64,000 nt of DNA from positions 1,097,101-1,161,100 of the forward strand of contig OZ287696.1 in NCBI GenBank assembly GCA_965649825.1, read 5' to 3'. Within the stretch, counting starts at the first letter, position 1; each line of letters opens with the position of its first letter. Both the position numbers and the translations under genes were made by a program. Origin of the DNA: Penicillus capitatus (lineage: Eukaryota > Plantae > Chlorophyta). The notes below the pieces were generated by a model, which saw only the letters and a program-made list of their open reading frames with translations, was not told where the DNA came from and did no database searches. This document shows positions 11,060-23,889 of this stretch, in pieces.

Positions 11060-11640
11060 CTCCGCGGCAGTCTGATGTCAGACGAAAATGGGTCGAACGT
11101 CACTTCGCTCGGCGGGCAACCTACCACATCGCCAGTGGACTGATCTCACAGTGGAGAGACATCGAGACGATGAGGGTCGGCATGGCCTCTTCCAGGAAGA
11201 CCAGATCCCTTGTCTTCTCGTGCTGTATGGGCAAGCGAATCTGCTCACCAGACCTCTTTGCTCCCGAGCGACGGATGGAGGCAAAGAGCATAGAGGATGT
11301 GACCGACCTTTGCTGAGGCTTCCCCGTCCTTCTGGGACGCGTCGGGAGCACAAAATGGTAGCCATCTGTGTCAGACGTGCGAATCTCTCTCGGACTGAGC
11401 TCTGATAGATCTCGGAGAAGTGCGAAAGTAGCAGTCGGCGCTTTGCGACCGCATGACACAGTTGCCAGATACCAAATTCGGCAGGCATTAGCATCCGACG
11501 GTCGAGGTCGTCTTCCAGGGCTTCCTGTGCATTGGACATGAACTTGCCCATGAAGGATCATCATCCAGCGAGGAGGACTTTCAGCAGCCAGTAGTTCGGA
11601 GCATGGGCGTAGAGCATCGCCGCATCGCGCATTAACGCCA
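11060..11640 (-). pseudogene. COG4: Decayed C-terminal fragment of COG complex subunit 4
   Basis: LLLSHFSEIYQSSVRERFARLTQMATIL matches COG4 ALVSHFSGMTQRTVRDKFARLTQMATIL. Upstream DDDP/MGKFM and downstream W/RLPAE remnants lie in shifted frames, and the intervening conserved segment appears shortened. Confidence 0.7.
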
Positions 11641-12017
11641 GACAGTGCTCGGGAACGCATTCCCTGTACACCCAGACGGTCTGACGCGGGATTCGTTTTG
11701 ATCATCTTGTTATCAGTAACAGAAGCTGGGTACTGAATTGTATCATCATCTGGGACCTTCTGAAGGATTTGCAGACCGAGACGCCTTTTCTCTGGCGTAT
11801 CTTGGAAAGATCTACATATTGGGGACAATTACACCTATTCATACAGGATCTATATCTGTGGGGTTTTGTGGATATCATCTGCTTTAGCATAGATGGTCAC
11901 ACTTTCACTTTTTATGAACTCGTTGAATTGTATTGGCGGCGACGAGGTCAAGGAACCAGATGTAACTCGAGAGATATCTGTTGAAGCCGTTTACCTTATG
12001 AATTCTCGCAGCCCTTT

Positions 12018-12243
12018 ACATGTGGAGCTGGACAATGTGTGGGTGCTTTGACCTTTACTAGATCTCCACCTCTTGCCACGGCTGGCACTCGGCCTTGTCT
12101 GCCAACACATACTACTTGCCTGTACGCTAAACGCGATACAAGCCCTCTAAAAAGACGGCCTGTCTTTCGTGGACCATCCTGAGGGCAATGTGGACGTGCA
12201 TTTCGAAGCGACGTAGATGTGACCAAACTTGTTCTCAGCCACA
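12018..12243 (-). pseudogene. Decayed N-lobe fragment of an Aurora-like Ser/Thr kinase
   Basis: ENKFGHIYVA/HIALRMVHERQ/[probable intron]/DKAECQPWQEVEI**RSKHPHIVQLH resembles Aurora [35 protein letters not shown]; one frameshift and tandem TAG TAA. Confidence 0.55.
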
Positions 12244-12537
12244 TGAGGTTATCATTTCATGCTCTTTAAATCGTTGGTGATCGTCTGGGCGATTCAGAGG
12301 TCAGACCGGAAGCGTTCTCGTCGCGTCGAGACGCCTTCCACAGCTCCACTGACGACTCTGAAGATCGTTTGGATCAAGGGGATCCGAACGGACGTTTCCA
12401 AAAACGGCTCAGCCTGTGGCGGCGAGGGGCTAGATCGCTCCAGCGGTCACACCGCTGCGATTTGGGTTTCTGCCTCTGCAACGCGTGGTTGCATGAGATG
12501 GAGTCTGACAATGAATGACAGAAATCCAGGCGTCCAG

Positions 12538-15500
12538 ATGGAGTCGTCTGGTCCATCAAATGCGAGTTACGTTCGTGCGGCGTCCAATGATGCGCAGTCG
12601 ACTGCCCTGTCGAGTGCGTTGCGCGCTCAGCGTCCGAGTCGCCCCTCGACGTCCAACAGCTCGACGTCGGCTGTCGTCGCGAACGTCGACGCGTGAGGGC
12701 CGTCCCGTTCACTGCTCAGAAAAGTACGCGTTGCCCTCTGCATTGTGGGGCTTTCGTGAAGAGGCGCGACAGGAATCTCATCTCCGTCTCCGTTGTCGAG
12801 AATGAAGTCGAGAAAAGCAAAGAAGAGAAACCTAGACGTCGATCTGTGAGTCCAAAATCACGGATGAAGGCCGTGGCCGAAAAAGTGAGCGCGGCAAGGG
12901 AACTGGCACGGCGACTTGCAGAAGAGAAAGAAGCAGCTGTCAAGACCGGAAAACAATACAAGTACTCAGATCGATCCCTCATGTTACCTGACATTTTACA
13001 TGTCTCAGTGAACGGATTCTGAAATCCACAGAGGCGGCTGCTACTGAGGCAGCCATACAAGCAGCTGAAGCAGATGCTATGAACAGAGCTGTAAGGTTGG
13101 CAGAAGCGGGAAAAGAAAAGGTCGCTCCACGATTCTGTCGTACACGCCCTCGGCAGCTGTTTTCAGGACGCCGAGTTGCGTTATTTGAAAAAGTTCAACA
13201 AAGCTTTGAAGGCAATGGTATTGGATGTTGCCGTGGATAAAGATGAAGCAAGGAATAGACTGGATGAACTGCTTCAGGAGTTCAAATCCGCCGAACTGGT
13301 GACAGAGGTGCATCGTCTGACCGTCGCTATGCCCGAACTGTTTTTTATCATTCTTAAGGAGGAAAGATTGGCAACAGAGGAGGAAGAAGCAGAAGAAGTG
13401 GTAGAAGCAGCGCCAGAAGTGGAAGTCCCCTCGCCACTCGTCCCGGAGGTCAGAATCAAACTGCCAGGCCGTAGTCAGAAGGAATGCTGTTCAGGTCCCG
13501 GTGGAGGAACCTAAGTTGGATACCCTCAAAGTCGCGGCAGATGCTGCTCTGCAGTCGGACACACCTTTCTTCACCGTGCCTTCTGAGCCACCGATCGGAA
13601 AACCTATTCAGTTTCTATACAATCGTCTGGCCGGTCCTTTGCCAGAAACGGATTCTGTTTCTATCAAGTACGGAATCAACAAGTGGGAGAACATTGGGCA
13701 TATCAAGATGAAGCGAAGCGAGACGTTAAGTGACATAGCGGGTGAGTGGTGGGAAGCGGACCACGATTTGGAACTATTGCTCTATCGATTCGATTTTGTC
13801 GTTGTGGATGACGTCTCTGGACTCGTGGATAACAACAACTCCAAGGATTTCTATCTGAAGCTCAAAGGTGCGCTGACAAAAAGTCAGCTCTTGGAGAAAC
13901 GTCTGGCGCTCTTCGATGAGATTGAACAGAAACGAAACGCCGAGTTCGAGGCCGAGATTTGTAGACTCAAGTGACACCACTGCTTTGTCGTTTTTGGTAT
14001 CGTTCATGGAAGATTTCAAGGCAAGAAGCCGAAGCTAAGGCAGAGGAGGCAGGCAACGAGGCTCGAGAATCTGTCGTTGCTGAATGGGAGGCAGAGCTGA
14101 CGGAACGCGTTCTAGAGACGATCGGAGATCGAAGAGCTCAGGCCATCAAGGCACTAGGACGAGAGGAAACGATCAAGGGACCACGAGTGGCCTGGTTTGG
14201 AGATCTGACGCCTGGAAGTCGCGTCCTATTGACCTACAACTCGAACGAAGGGCCTCTGAAGAATGCCACTACCATCCGGGTGCATCTGGGAACAGACAAT
14301 TGGTACAAGGAGCAAATTGACGTAAGGGATCTGCCAAACTGTGTGATCGAATTGAGGTGTCGAATTCAGATAAGAGAATTGAAAAAACTGTCCGCGGAAG
14401 AGATACAGAAGAACAGAGTGGAAGAGGAATGTGGACCAGGTAACTGGTGGGGCATCCCGATCGACATTCCTGTAGAGATTGCCGTGATGAATTACGTATT
14501 CGACGATGGAAAATCTGCCGAGTGGGACAACAACAATGGACGTGATTACACGACTCCTATCTCTAATCCCTTAACACACGATCAACTCGTCGAAAAGAAA
14601 AAGGACGATGTGCGAAATGAGTTGACGGAAGAAAGGACACAACGCGTCGAGGGAGCCGCCACAGCCGCCAGAGACCGCATTCTCTCACGCGTAAGGCCAT
14701 CGATAGACGTGGTGCATGGCTGATGTGACGTTGATGTAGTTCGATTCGAGAATCCATCGCTGGCGTTCTCAGTGGCAGTACCTCTACACCGATCCCATTC
14801 GAGTACAGGCTGGACAGTCTGTCGAAATCTGCTATCGCCCGGATCTGACGGTCTTGCGCGGTCGACCGGATGTCTATGTCCGTGTGGGGTTCAATCATTG
14901 GAGGCATCCAACGGGTATCCGTGCTATTAAGTTGGAGCCGATGATTGCCAATAACGTTGGATTTGAGCGTGCTGTTATCGATGTGCCAGAGGATGCACAC
15001 GACATGGACTTTATGTTTTCTGATAATCCTGATCTCCACGGCGGTTTTGTCGACAACAACCATGGCTTCAATTATCATTTCCCTGTCCATGGCAGCTCCG
15101 TTGCCCCACAACCGTTGAAGATCGTTCATGTCACGGTGGAAATGGCGCCGATTGCAAAAGTGGGCGGGTTGGCCGATGTGGTCACCGCACTGGGCAGAGC
15201 TGTGCAAGAAGAAGGGCACAATGTCGAGATCATCATGCCCAAGTATGACTGCATCGACTACGGCCAAGTGGAGAAGCTGGAGAAGCGTCGCAGCTTTAAT
15301 TTTGCTGGAAGCCATGTTCAAGTCTGGGCCGGTTTTGTGGAAGGACTGAATGTGACGTTTATCGAACCGGACAACGGCATCTTCTGGGTCGGGTGCATTT
15401 ATGGAGAGCAAAATGATGGTCAGCGATTTGAATATTTCTGTGGAGCCGCCTCAGAGTATCTCCGCATTTTCAACCTCTCTCCAGACATCGTTCACTGTCA

Positions 15501-16489
15501 CGACTGGCAAACGGCTCCCGTGATCTGGAGTGATCTGGCAGGGGCAAGAACCGTGTTCACGATACACAACATGAACTACGGTGTGGAGTTGATCGGTCGA
15601 GCAATGCATGCCACGACGGTTGCTACGACCGTTTCCCCAACCTATGCCACAGAGATCAGCGGGATGCCAGCAGTGGAGTCCAATTTCGCAAAGCTCTACG
15701 GTGTGCTGAACGGCATCGATGTTGACATTTGGGATCCATCTCGAGATCGGTTCTTGCCCATGAACTACAACGCAGAAACGGCCGTCGAAGGCAAAGCTGC
15801 TGTGCGTCAAGAACTCAGAAAGAGACTCAATCTCGCACAGATCGATGTTCCCATTGTGGGTGTCGTCACCCGCCTCACTCCACAGAAAGGCATCCACTTG
15901 ATCAAACACGCTGCGTGGAGGACACTCGAACGCGGAGGACAGTTTGTCCTGCTGGGCTCTGCTCCAGACCCCAAAATAGAGCACGACTTCAATCAGTTAG
16001 CAATGGATTTGAAATCGCAGTACCCTGATAGAGCATCTCTCATGTTTACGTATGACGAACCCCTGAGTCACATCATCTATGCAGGATGCGACTTCTTCCT
16101 CGTGCCATCCATCTTTGAACCGTGTGGTCTGACACAGATGATCGCCATGAGGTACGCGCATTTCTTCAACCCTGTTCGGCGACCTAGAGTGCATTGGCAG
16201 GTATGGCACGATCCCGATTGTGCGAAGAACAGGTGGACTCAATGATACCGTCTTCGATGTCGATACCGATGAGGATCGTGCTCAGTCGAAAGGCGTGGAT
16301 CCCAATGGTTTCAATTTTGAAGGAGCTGATGAAATGGGCTTGGATTATGCTCTGAATCGAGCATTGGGTTATTTCTTGAGCGATCGTCCAGCGTGGAATG
16401 CATTATCGCAATCTGTCATGCGTCAAGACTGGAGCTGGAGTTTGCCAGCTCTCGATTATCTTTCTCTCTACTACAAAGCGCTCAGCTGA
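12538..16489 (+). CDS. SS3: Soluble starch synthase III (CBM53 repeats plus GT5 domain), multi-exon
   Basis: Three CBM53-like modules (..DFVVVDD..DNNNSKDF; MNYVFDDG..WDNNNGRDY; MDFMFSD..DNNHGFNY), then VEMAPIAKVGGLADVV, HCHDW, RLTPQKG and PSIFEPCGLTQMIAMRY; TGA 16489. Start and first intron uncertain. Confidence 0.93.
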
Positions 16490-17595
16490 GCTGCGTTTAT
16501 GATGTGCGGTATTGATGGACGGCGGTTCAATTCTTTTTTCATGGATGATGTGACAGGACGGGTGTGAGACGCCGAGGTCTTGTTATTGACACACGACATC
16601 TTAGACAACTTTGGTTCAAGATTCGGCATTTTGTTGACACCTCTCTCATAACGCGCTGTTCTGTTCTTTCGCTGATATGCCTTGTTGACATTTCGTGCAC
16701 TCCTCCGAGATCATGCCGCAGTCGATGGGCAGGCAGTCAATGAAAATGGCATATTCAGCGGCGATGATCTCTCGAGGGATGCAGATTCGATCTGAGCAAT
16801 GGGTGATCTCCGCGGAGACGCCGATGGATCATCCTTCGGAGAAATAGCGAGCTGTTTCTTAAAGGCCCGCGTGACAGATCATATGGACGATCGAGAACAG
16901 CGGCGACGGATTCGTAAAGACGCGGCGTCGTCAATTTAACCGTTTCTTCGCGGCGACCGCCATCAAACGGTTGAAATTAAGCGGCAGACACATCGAAGAT
17001 TAAGCGAGGCACTGGGCAAGCAGATTGTGCGAATCACAGCGTTGGTCGCTTTGATGGCGTCGGAGTACTCAGAAAGACAGCGTGTGTATCGGTGGGCAGA
17101 TCTCTGATTGCAAAGGACGGCATCCGGTTGAAGAACAAGGTCTCCCGTCCAGTAGGATGCTCCCAGGGTGATAAATCTGTCGAAGAATGAAGCACTATGA
17201 CGTTACCGTCAGGACAACTCAACAGCGAAGACATCCCTGAAAGAGTAGATTCAGTTTCGGAAGCTTTACTCAACGCACAGGCAGCTGACGTGCGCAGAGA
17301 CGTTCGAGGAAGTCGCTTCCTATAAAGAGATCCCGTCACTGTCGTGCACGCGAAGAAGCTGCAACGAAGCTGCTGCTGTTTGCCGAGACAGGCGCGTGAC
17401 ATTAATGACCGTCGTTCATCATCATCCTCGCGTTCATCGAAGCAGATCAGCCTCGATCAGTATCCGACGACGAATAAAGTATCTCTGCCGTTGCGCGATG
17501 GGACGTTCGGTCATGTCAGCCTTATTTAATGGCCCAGGCATTAGTCGCGTAGACGCGTTTTTGGTTCGTCACATTTCACAACGCACTGACTCCGT

Positions 17596-18220
17596 ATGGC
17601 AGAAACTCTCAACGTGACGCCGCAGCCCGTGAGGCATCCTTATAGAGAAGAGCATCGGAACAACGCGTTATTGTTTGTAGGTGGCCACTGCCGAATCGGC
17701 AACGCCATCCATCGATGCTGTGACCGAAACGGCGACCGAGACAATCGCAAAGGAGAAAGAAACGACGGAGGCTGTCGCGGCTAAGGCCGAAGAAGTGAAG
17801 GCGGCCGTGACGGAAGAGGTGAAGGAAGAGGTGGCGGCAACAGAAGCAGAGGAGGCAACGACAAGTACAAGCCCTACAGCCGAGACGCCACGCAAAAAGA
17901 GAGCCTGGCGACGATTGCTCGAGGCCGTCAAGGCCAAACTGCGGAGAGCAAAGAAAACCGTCGGGCCTGCCGAAACGTCGCCTGGACCGTCCGCCGAAGC
18001 GAGCGCTTCTGAGCCAATAAAACAAACGGACGAGAAAAAAGACGAGGACGTCAAGGAAGAAGTCGCTGCCGAGACGTCGCCGACAGAAGAGCAGAAGAAA
18101 CAAGAAGAGACACTTGTGCCCGAACAGAAGGAGGAAACATCTCCTGCCCCCCAAACACCTGCCGCCCAACCTGCTACACCTCCTCAACCTGCCACACCTG
18201 CCGCCGAGAAGACAGAATGA
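17596..18220 (+). CDS. ~190-aa acidic E/A/T/P-rich disordered protein with one central basic amphipathic segment
   Basis: ATG 17596; a 52-nt intron 17629-17680 (GTGAGG..TTTGTAG) joins ORF 17681..18220; strongly biased codon usage. Confidence 0.8.
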
Positions 18221-18751
18221 GCTTGCATGCGGACAAGCATGGCGTTTTCATGCAGTCTCTTTCACACGTATACTTACTTACACACACCACACCACACCAC
18301 GTCCATCATAAGTTGTATGGCTTCATAAAGATTGGTCGTATCCATTTGTCGTTGTTGTTGCTGCATTGTTGTTGTCTTCCTCGCCGATGGATTGCACACG
18401 TTTGCATTTCGGCGTGAAGAGTGTGAGGTTGTTACCTCGTGCTTCGCTGTTGACTGTATTTTCTAGTACATTGCGCATGTGGGTATCGAGAATTGATGAC
18501 GAAGTATCTGTGTCCATAAGAGATGGGCCGCTGGGGTTGTCACACTTGGCAATTCTTGACGCATCTGGATCTACAATATCTTGTTTTGAAAATCGAAGAG
18601 TATTCACTCTCAGATGTGACGACTTTGTTTTTGATCCGAGGGATTGTGAGTTCTCCTTCCCTGTCTTCCTCATCGTTCGAGTATGAAACTCAAATCCAAT
18701 GTCATCTCGTTGCGGCAATTCACTGTGCTGTCATCAAACGCATGATGTCAG

Positions 18752-19827
18752 CTATTTAAGCATCTGTGGTTCCCCTGCTTTGCTGCAATCGTATACGCGT
18801 CGCTGCGTCACCAAAGACGTCAATTGCCGATCCGTCGGTCCAACAGGAACAGGACGCGCAAGAAGCTGACACTCGAATGCCAGCCCAACTGTAAACAGAG
18901 CACCCAGTGAGAGAGGAAGAGAGGGGTCATGGTGACTCGAATGTGGTGGCGGTCTGTGCTGCTCTCTGGCTGCTTCTTCGCAGGCATGGAGAAAGGCATC
19001 ATAGTATCTGATCAGGATCGACGGATCTGAGAGGACGATGTTGGATGGAAGATGTCTTACCCGCCGCCGCGGCCAAGTCGTCCTCCAGAACGATCGAAAC
19101 CCAATCCTGGCACCAACAATACATCCAATCCCGCCTCCAACGCTGCGACGCAAGTCAAGGAGTGACGCTGGATGTGTGCGATTTTCAAAGGATGCACCGT
19201 TTTGACGTGGTCTGTTACTGTTTAGGTAATGAGGCCCGGGTTCGAGAATGCCAAACGGCGGAACCTCTATCAACTCTTCGACAGACTCTGGATTCCACAC
19301 ATCTCATACTTAACGGTATACAAACAGCAATGGGTCGCTCGGACCGACGTGCAGCAGTTCCATGTGTGCATTGGAATCGATCACTCTTGGACAGAAACAC
19401 TGTTTGCCTGTGACCGGGTCGTTGTCTGACGGACCCAAGGGTCAAGAAGATGAGGGTCACCTTGATCCAGGGCTTCTGCAACGATCCATGAGGTGTTGAC
19501 TTCCCTCAGTCGTGCACAGTGGATGTAGATTCCGATCTTCTCAGCCGATTTGAAGACATCCATGTCCAGAACATTCATACAGATCCTGGAACCTAACCCA
19601 ACACTCTTGTCCTTCTCCCTGACACCGTTTTAGGGACGATCCGCACTCTGTTCATCCATATCCTTGGTTTCCATGTTCCTTAAGGACTCCTTCAGCGAGG
19701 CCCGCAACTGACGTTTGGCATCGGGCAGAGGCGTGGAGCGCTCTGTGTGGGAGGTTGCCATGACAAGACGTCGTTGGGCACCCGAAAGTCGTGCAAGGCG
19801 GTGTAGAGAGAGCAATGCCACGCGCAT
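18752..19827 (-). CDS. MTHFS: 5-formyltetrahydrofolate cyclo-ligase with N-terminal presequence
   Basis: AKRQLRASLKESL, IGIYIHCARLREVNT, PPFGILEP, RLGRGGG/YYDAFL and VGLAFECQ..VPVGPTDRQL across short introns. Confidence 0.88.
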
Positions 19828-20003
19828 CCCACTGTCCGTATCGATCACACGGTGGCAATGTCGCATCGCGTCCCATCACCCAGACCAGCGGTATCTGATA
19901 CCCGCCAGGATGACGGGTGTTTCTATCTCAACAACAGCCCTCTTTGCGCCTGGCGTCTCCTCGTGGCGACGAACGGACCTGCACTGCAGGGACCGCAAGA
20001 CCC

Positions 20004-21801
20004 ATGTCGAGCAGTAGCTTAAACGTCGCTGACTTTCGCGGGGATGATGCCCCATCAACGAAAACCGATGCGGAAACACCTCTCTTGCCATTGGCAGAGA
20101 TGGTCACCTATTCTGTGGACGAGGCACTGTCTTACATAGGACATGGCCTCATGCAGCATCTCCTGCTGCTTGTTCTCGGCGCGGCCTATGCCGTCGCCGC
20201 TGCCAACACGGTGTTCATGCTCTATCTGACGCCAAATGTGCATACCCTCCTCTGCCTCTGCCTTAAACAACACCTTGTGGGGTGGATAGGTGAAGTGTGA
20301 GTGGGCAATAGACAAAACACAGCAGACATTCGTCATGTTGGTGTTCTTTGCGGGAACGTGTTTCGGAGCCAACATATGGGGAACAATGTCGGATCGCTAC
20401 GGCCGCCGTTTCGGCACAGCACTCTCTCTTTTTGTGCAGGGGGCCGGAGGCGTCATGACATCACTCATCACTGATTATGTATGGCTCCTGGTGGCTGCTG
20501 GTATCGTCGGGCTCGGCATCGGCGGTGGAAGCGTCACACCTTTCTCCATGTTCTCCGAATTCTTGCCATCTGAAAAGCGTGGCACACAACTGAGCATCTA
20601 CCAGTTGGCTTGGTCTCTGGGAGCCGTTCTAGAGATCGGCATGGCATGGCTCATCGTCCCATCCCACGGATGGCGTGCGTTAGCATTGGCAACGGCTCTT
20701 CCTGAACGTATGTATCCCCTGTCCTATGATTTCAGCTGTCTGTTTACTGACCAGATTGCTGAACCTTGTAGTGTTTCTACTTTTCCTTGTGGTCTTTTTC
20801 CTGCCCGAATCGCCGCGCTATCTGATGGTGATGGGACGGCCAGAACGTGCCGAACGTGTTCTGAAGAAGACCGCCTACGTCAATCGAAAATCGCTGCCCT
20901 ATGGGAACCTCATCACCACGCACGGCACAGAAGATGCACATGAGGTTTCGTTCAGCACAGCGTTCATGAGGTGGCACTCTATCCGCTTAAAGAAGAGAGA
21001 CGCACTGACCTAGGGCTGTTCTTTGATCCAGTCTGTTTGCTCATACCTTTCGCATAGTGACACCCACTCTGTGGTTTTTGGCTTTCACTGCTGGCCTTGG
21101 CTATTACACCTCAGTCATGCTGGCCTCACATCTCCAAGAAAACAACGAAACATCACCCTGTGATGAGAAGAGCATGCGCGCCGCCGGCAACATCGACGCC
21201 TCTACTTTGTTCGTCGCCTTTGGCGAAGTGCCCGGCGTGTTGCTAAGCCTCTTCACCATCGACAGACTCGGACGCGTCAAGTACGAGCGATGCTTGATCG
21301 ATGTGAGGATGGATGTAAAGGGAGGGGTGTTGCTGCAGATCTCTTGTGCTTGGTTGGTGTGGCTGCTCCTGTGCGATCTTTCTGTTGTTGCTGTTCCCGT
21401 CCAAGACAACGATCTTGCTTTTCATGGCACGCCTCTTTCTGATCTACACCCAAGTCTTCATCTTTGCCTTCACACCTGAGGTCTATCCATCTTCTTGTCG
21501 CTGTTTGGCATTTGGTCTTGTGGCTTGCTTGAGCCGCATAGGAGGTGCTGTTTCACCGTTTGTGGCCTTGACTCTATTCGATAACTATGGCCAAGGTATC
21601 GTCTCGATTGTGTGTGCTTGTCTCTTCTCAGTGGCGACAATTGTCTCCGTTTCATTGATGCCTTTTGAAACAGCAAACAGAGCTTTGGCAGATGACATTC
21701 CAAAATCACAGGATGATATCGAGGAAGATGTCCACGTTAACGTCGCTCCAAACGAGGTTGATTTCGAGACAGATGATCCTGCGTGCCCTCTTCTTGTCTG
21801 A
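20004..21801 (+). CDS. MFS transporter, SVOP/OCT7-like
   Basis: YSVDEALSYIGHG, WGTMSDRYGRR, FSEFLPSEKRG, LPESPRYL, IDRLGR, FTPEVYPSSCR and PFETANRAL motifs; multiple TM helices. Confidence 0.9.
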
Positions 21802-22596
21802 TAATTGCTGTGATCTGTCCGTCCGTTTCGGAAGTGTTTTGGAGAATCCTCTCGACCTTAACAGATCAAGCAGTACTTGAATTTGATTGCTGTGGATTCT
21901 CTCAGGCCGGAGATTTGATCCGCCAGTTCTCCGTGCCTCTTTTTTAGTTTCTGGTCCCGATCTGTTCGATCTCTGAAATCTATGAGCTTGAGACAGTTGA
22001 TAGTTGGACGTATGTTTGATGAAGTGGTGTCCATTTTATGTTTTTGAGCGCTGAAAACCGTTATCTATTGGCTGTCATGACATATCAATCTTATTGAAGT
22101 GTTCTTGATCACATTTAGTATTACGTATGAAGCATGAAGCAAGGATAACGTTAGAACCGTCAATTGAGTCGGAGGAATGGAATGGTCGTAGATGATGCAT
22201 TTCAATGTGTAAACAGGGATAAACTTGCGCTCACTTAAAACGTCTTTAAATCGACTCGTACAGGAAGACAGACACATAGAGACAGGATGCATCCTGCAGA
22301 ATCCAAGCTCGATTGGATTTTGCTCAGGGTGGATGGATGATACATGCTCCGATTGCCCATTCGGCTATAGATCTGAAACGATCGGGGCTTTGGTTACCTA
22401 TGGCCGATGCAGCGATCCTGTTTTGGTCGTTTCACATCAGATAGAGGATCGCGATATCATGACAGATCAGTTGTCATCGTTTTGAATAGTTCGCAATTTG
22501 ATTCAAGAGAATTTTTTGGGGTTGCGTCACTCCTACCTTCCCAGGTCATCATCCCAATCGTCGCGGCACACGCCCTCCCTTGCATTGCACTGCCCG

Positions 22597-23748
22597 TTAC
22601 AAATTCGGCAAATTCCCCTTTCGCAAATTCTCGGCCATAGATCGAATTCTTGACAATCCCTAAAAAATACTCGCTTAGAAAACGCCTTGTCGCAAAGGGC
22701 AGACCGGGTTGATAAGAACAGCTTGATCAAATGCTTTCAAAGCTTGTTCGTTTTGCTGCAAATGATAATGGCAGAGTCCCATGCCTGCCAGGGCCAGAAA
22801 ATGATACGGCTACAGAACAAACATGAGAGACATGGGCACGGAGAGCATCTTCGTCATTGCTTACCTGCAATTCAAGCACCAGATGGCAGACCTGGATACT
22901 CTCTTGGTACTCCTTCATCAGGTACAGTGTCGTAGCTTTCTTATTGTGACCCTTTTATACAGTTGCCTTGGCAAATGACACAGCACACAATGTCGCTCTC
23001 TACCTCTGCGAAGGAAGGATCTCGTTGCGTAATGGATTCGAAGATATCCAGTGCTCGCAGTAGAGAGCTCTTACGTAATGCCTCTATTCCTTCTTCCATC
23101 AAATTTTTGATCTCTGGATTGGAATGCTTGTGAAACAAAGCGAGGATGCAGTTTTCGGCGTCTCTGTAGAGGGCTGGGTCCCGAAGGTACGTGGCAACGT
23201 CAGGCACCACATGGATGTCGCCCACTTCAACTGAAGGAACGGCATCGATCCGCGTGGCAAGGAACAGACTGTACCAAGGGTCAGCAGGATGTTCGTTCGT
23301 TCAGCCGCGGACAGAGATGTGTGCAAGGCCTCAATCAATCTCAACGAGTACTGCTCGACAGCGGACATAGATCTCGTCAACAACTGCACACACATACCCG
23401 TCAATGGTCACACATGTTTTCTATAGAAAGAGTGAGAGACATCAATCGAGTCTCGAAGAGAGGCTGCTTCAACGAAATCTTCCTCGGCCACAGTGATACT
23501 GAGTTTTCTGTGGGGCACCGTTCTGATGCGTGTCTGGAGATGGGCTATCGTTCTTGCCTTTTGAGAAGACGCATATCTTGCCATCTCTGTTCGCGGTGTA
23601 TCGCGATTTCGACAACGTCTTTGCGGCGCTCCTGTTTGTTCTCCGACTGACTGCGCAACTCAGATCCCGACGGACGACGTCGTTTCTGTTTCAGAACAGA
23701 TGATCGCAGTCCCAGAGACCGCGGGACAAAGTGCCCGAGTGCCCACAT
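22597..23748 (-). CDS. TPR-repeat protein, probably organelle-targeted
   Basis: HKHSNPEIKNLMEEGI..DPSFAE, LMKEYQESIQVCHLVLELQ|PYHFLALAGMGLCHY..ALKAFDQAVLINP; TAA 22597 after a short final intron. Confidence 0.75.
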
Positions 23749-23889
23749 AACGCAAATAACGATGACGTGACAGCGGCCGCGTAGACAACGAGGGGGCAAA
23801 TCGCAATTTAATCTCAATGCCAAAATACAGCTCCCTTGCTACATATGAACGGCATTTGTCCAACAGCCCTTCTCCTGAAAACCCAAATC

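Noticed and set aside
11860-12065. TAA/TAG = Gln genetic code as in some ulvophytes
   Set aside because: In-frame TAR codons occur only in decayed fragments. Intact genes end in TAA or TAG (GST, PSMG2, HSD) and have long TAR-free frames.
16560-16900. Small minus-strand Cys-containing frame (ICIPREIIAAEYAIFIDCLPIDCG..CTKC)
   Set aside because: No in-frame ATG or clear splice link, and no family recognised.
18280-18372. Microsatellites (ACACC)n and (TTG)n
   Set aside because: Very short simple repeats of ordinary UTR type.
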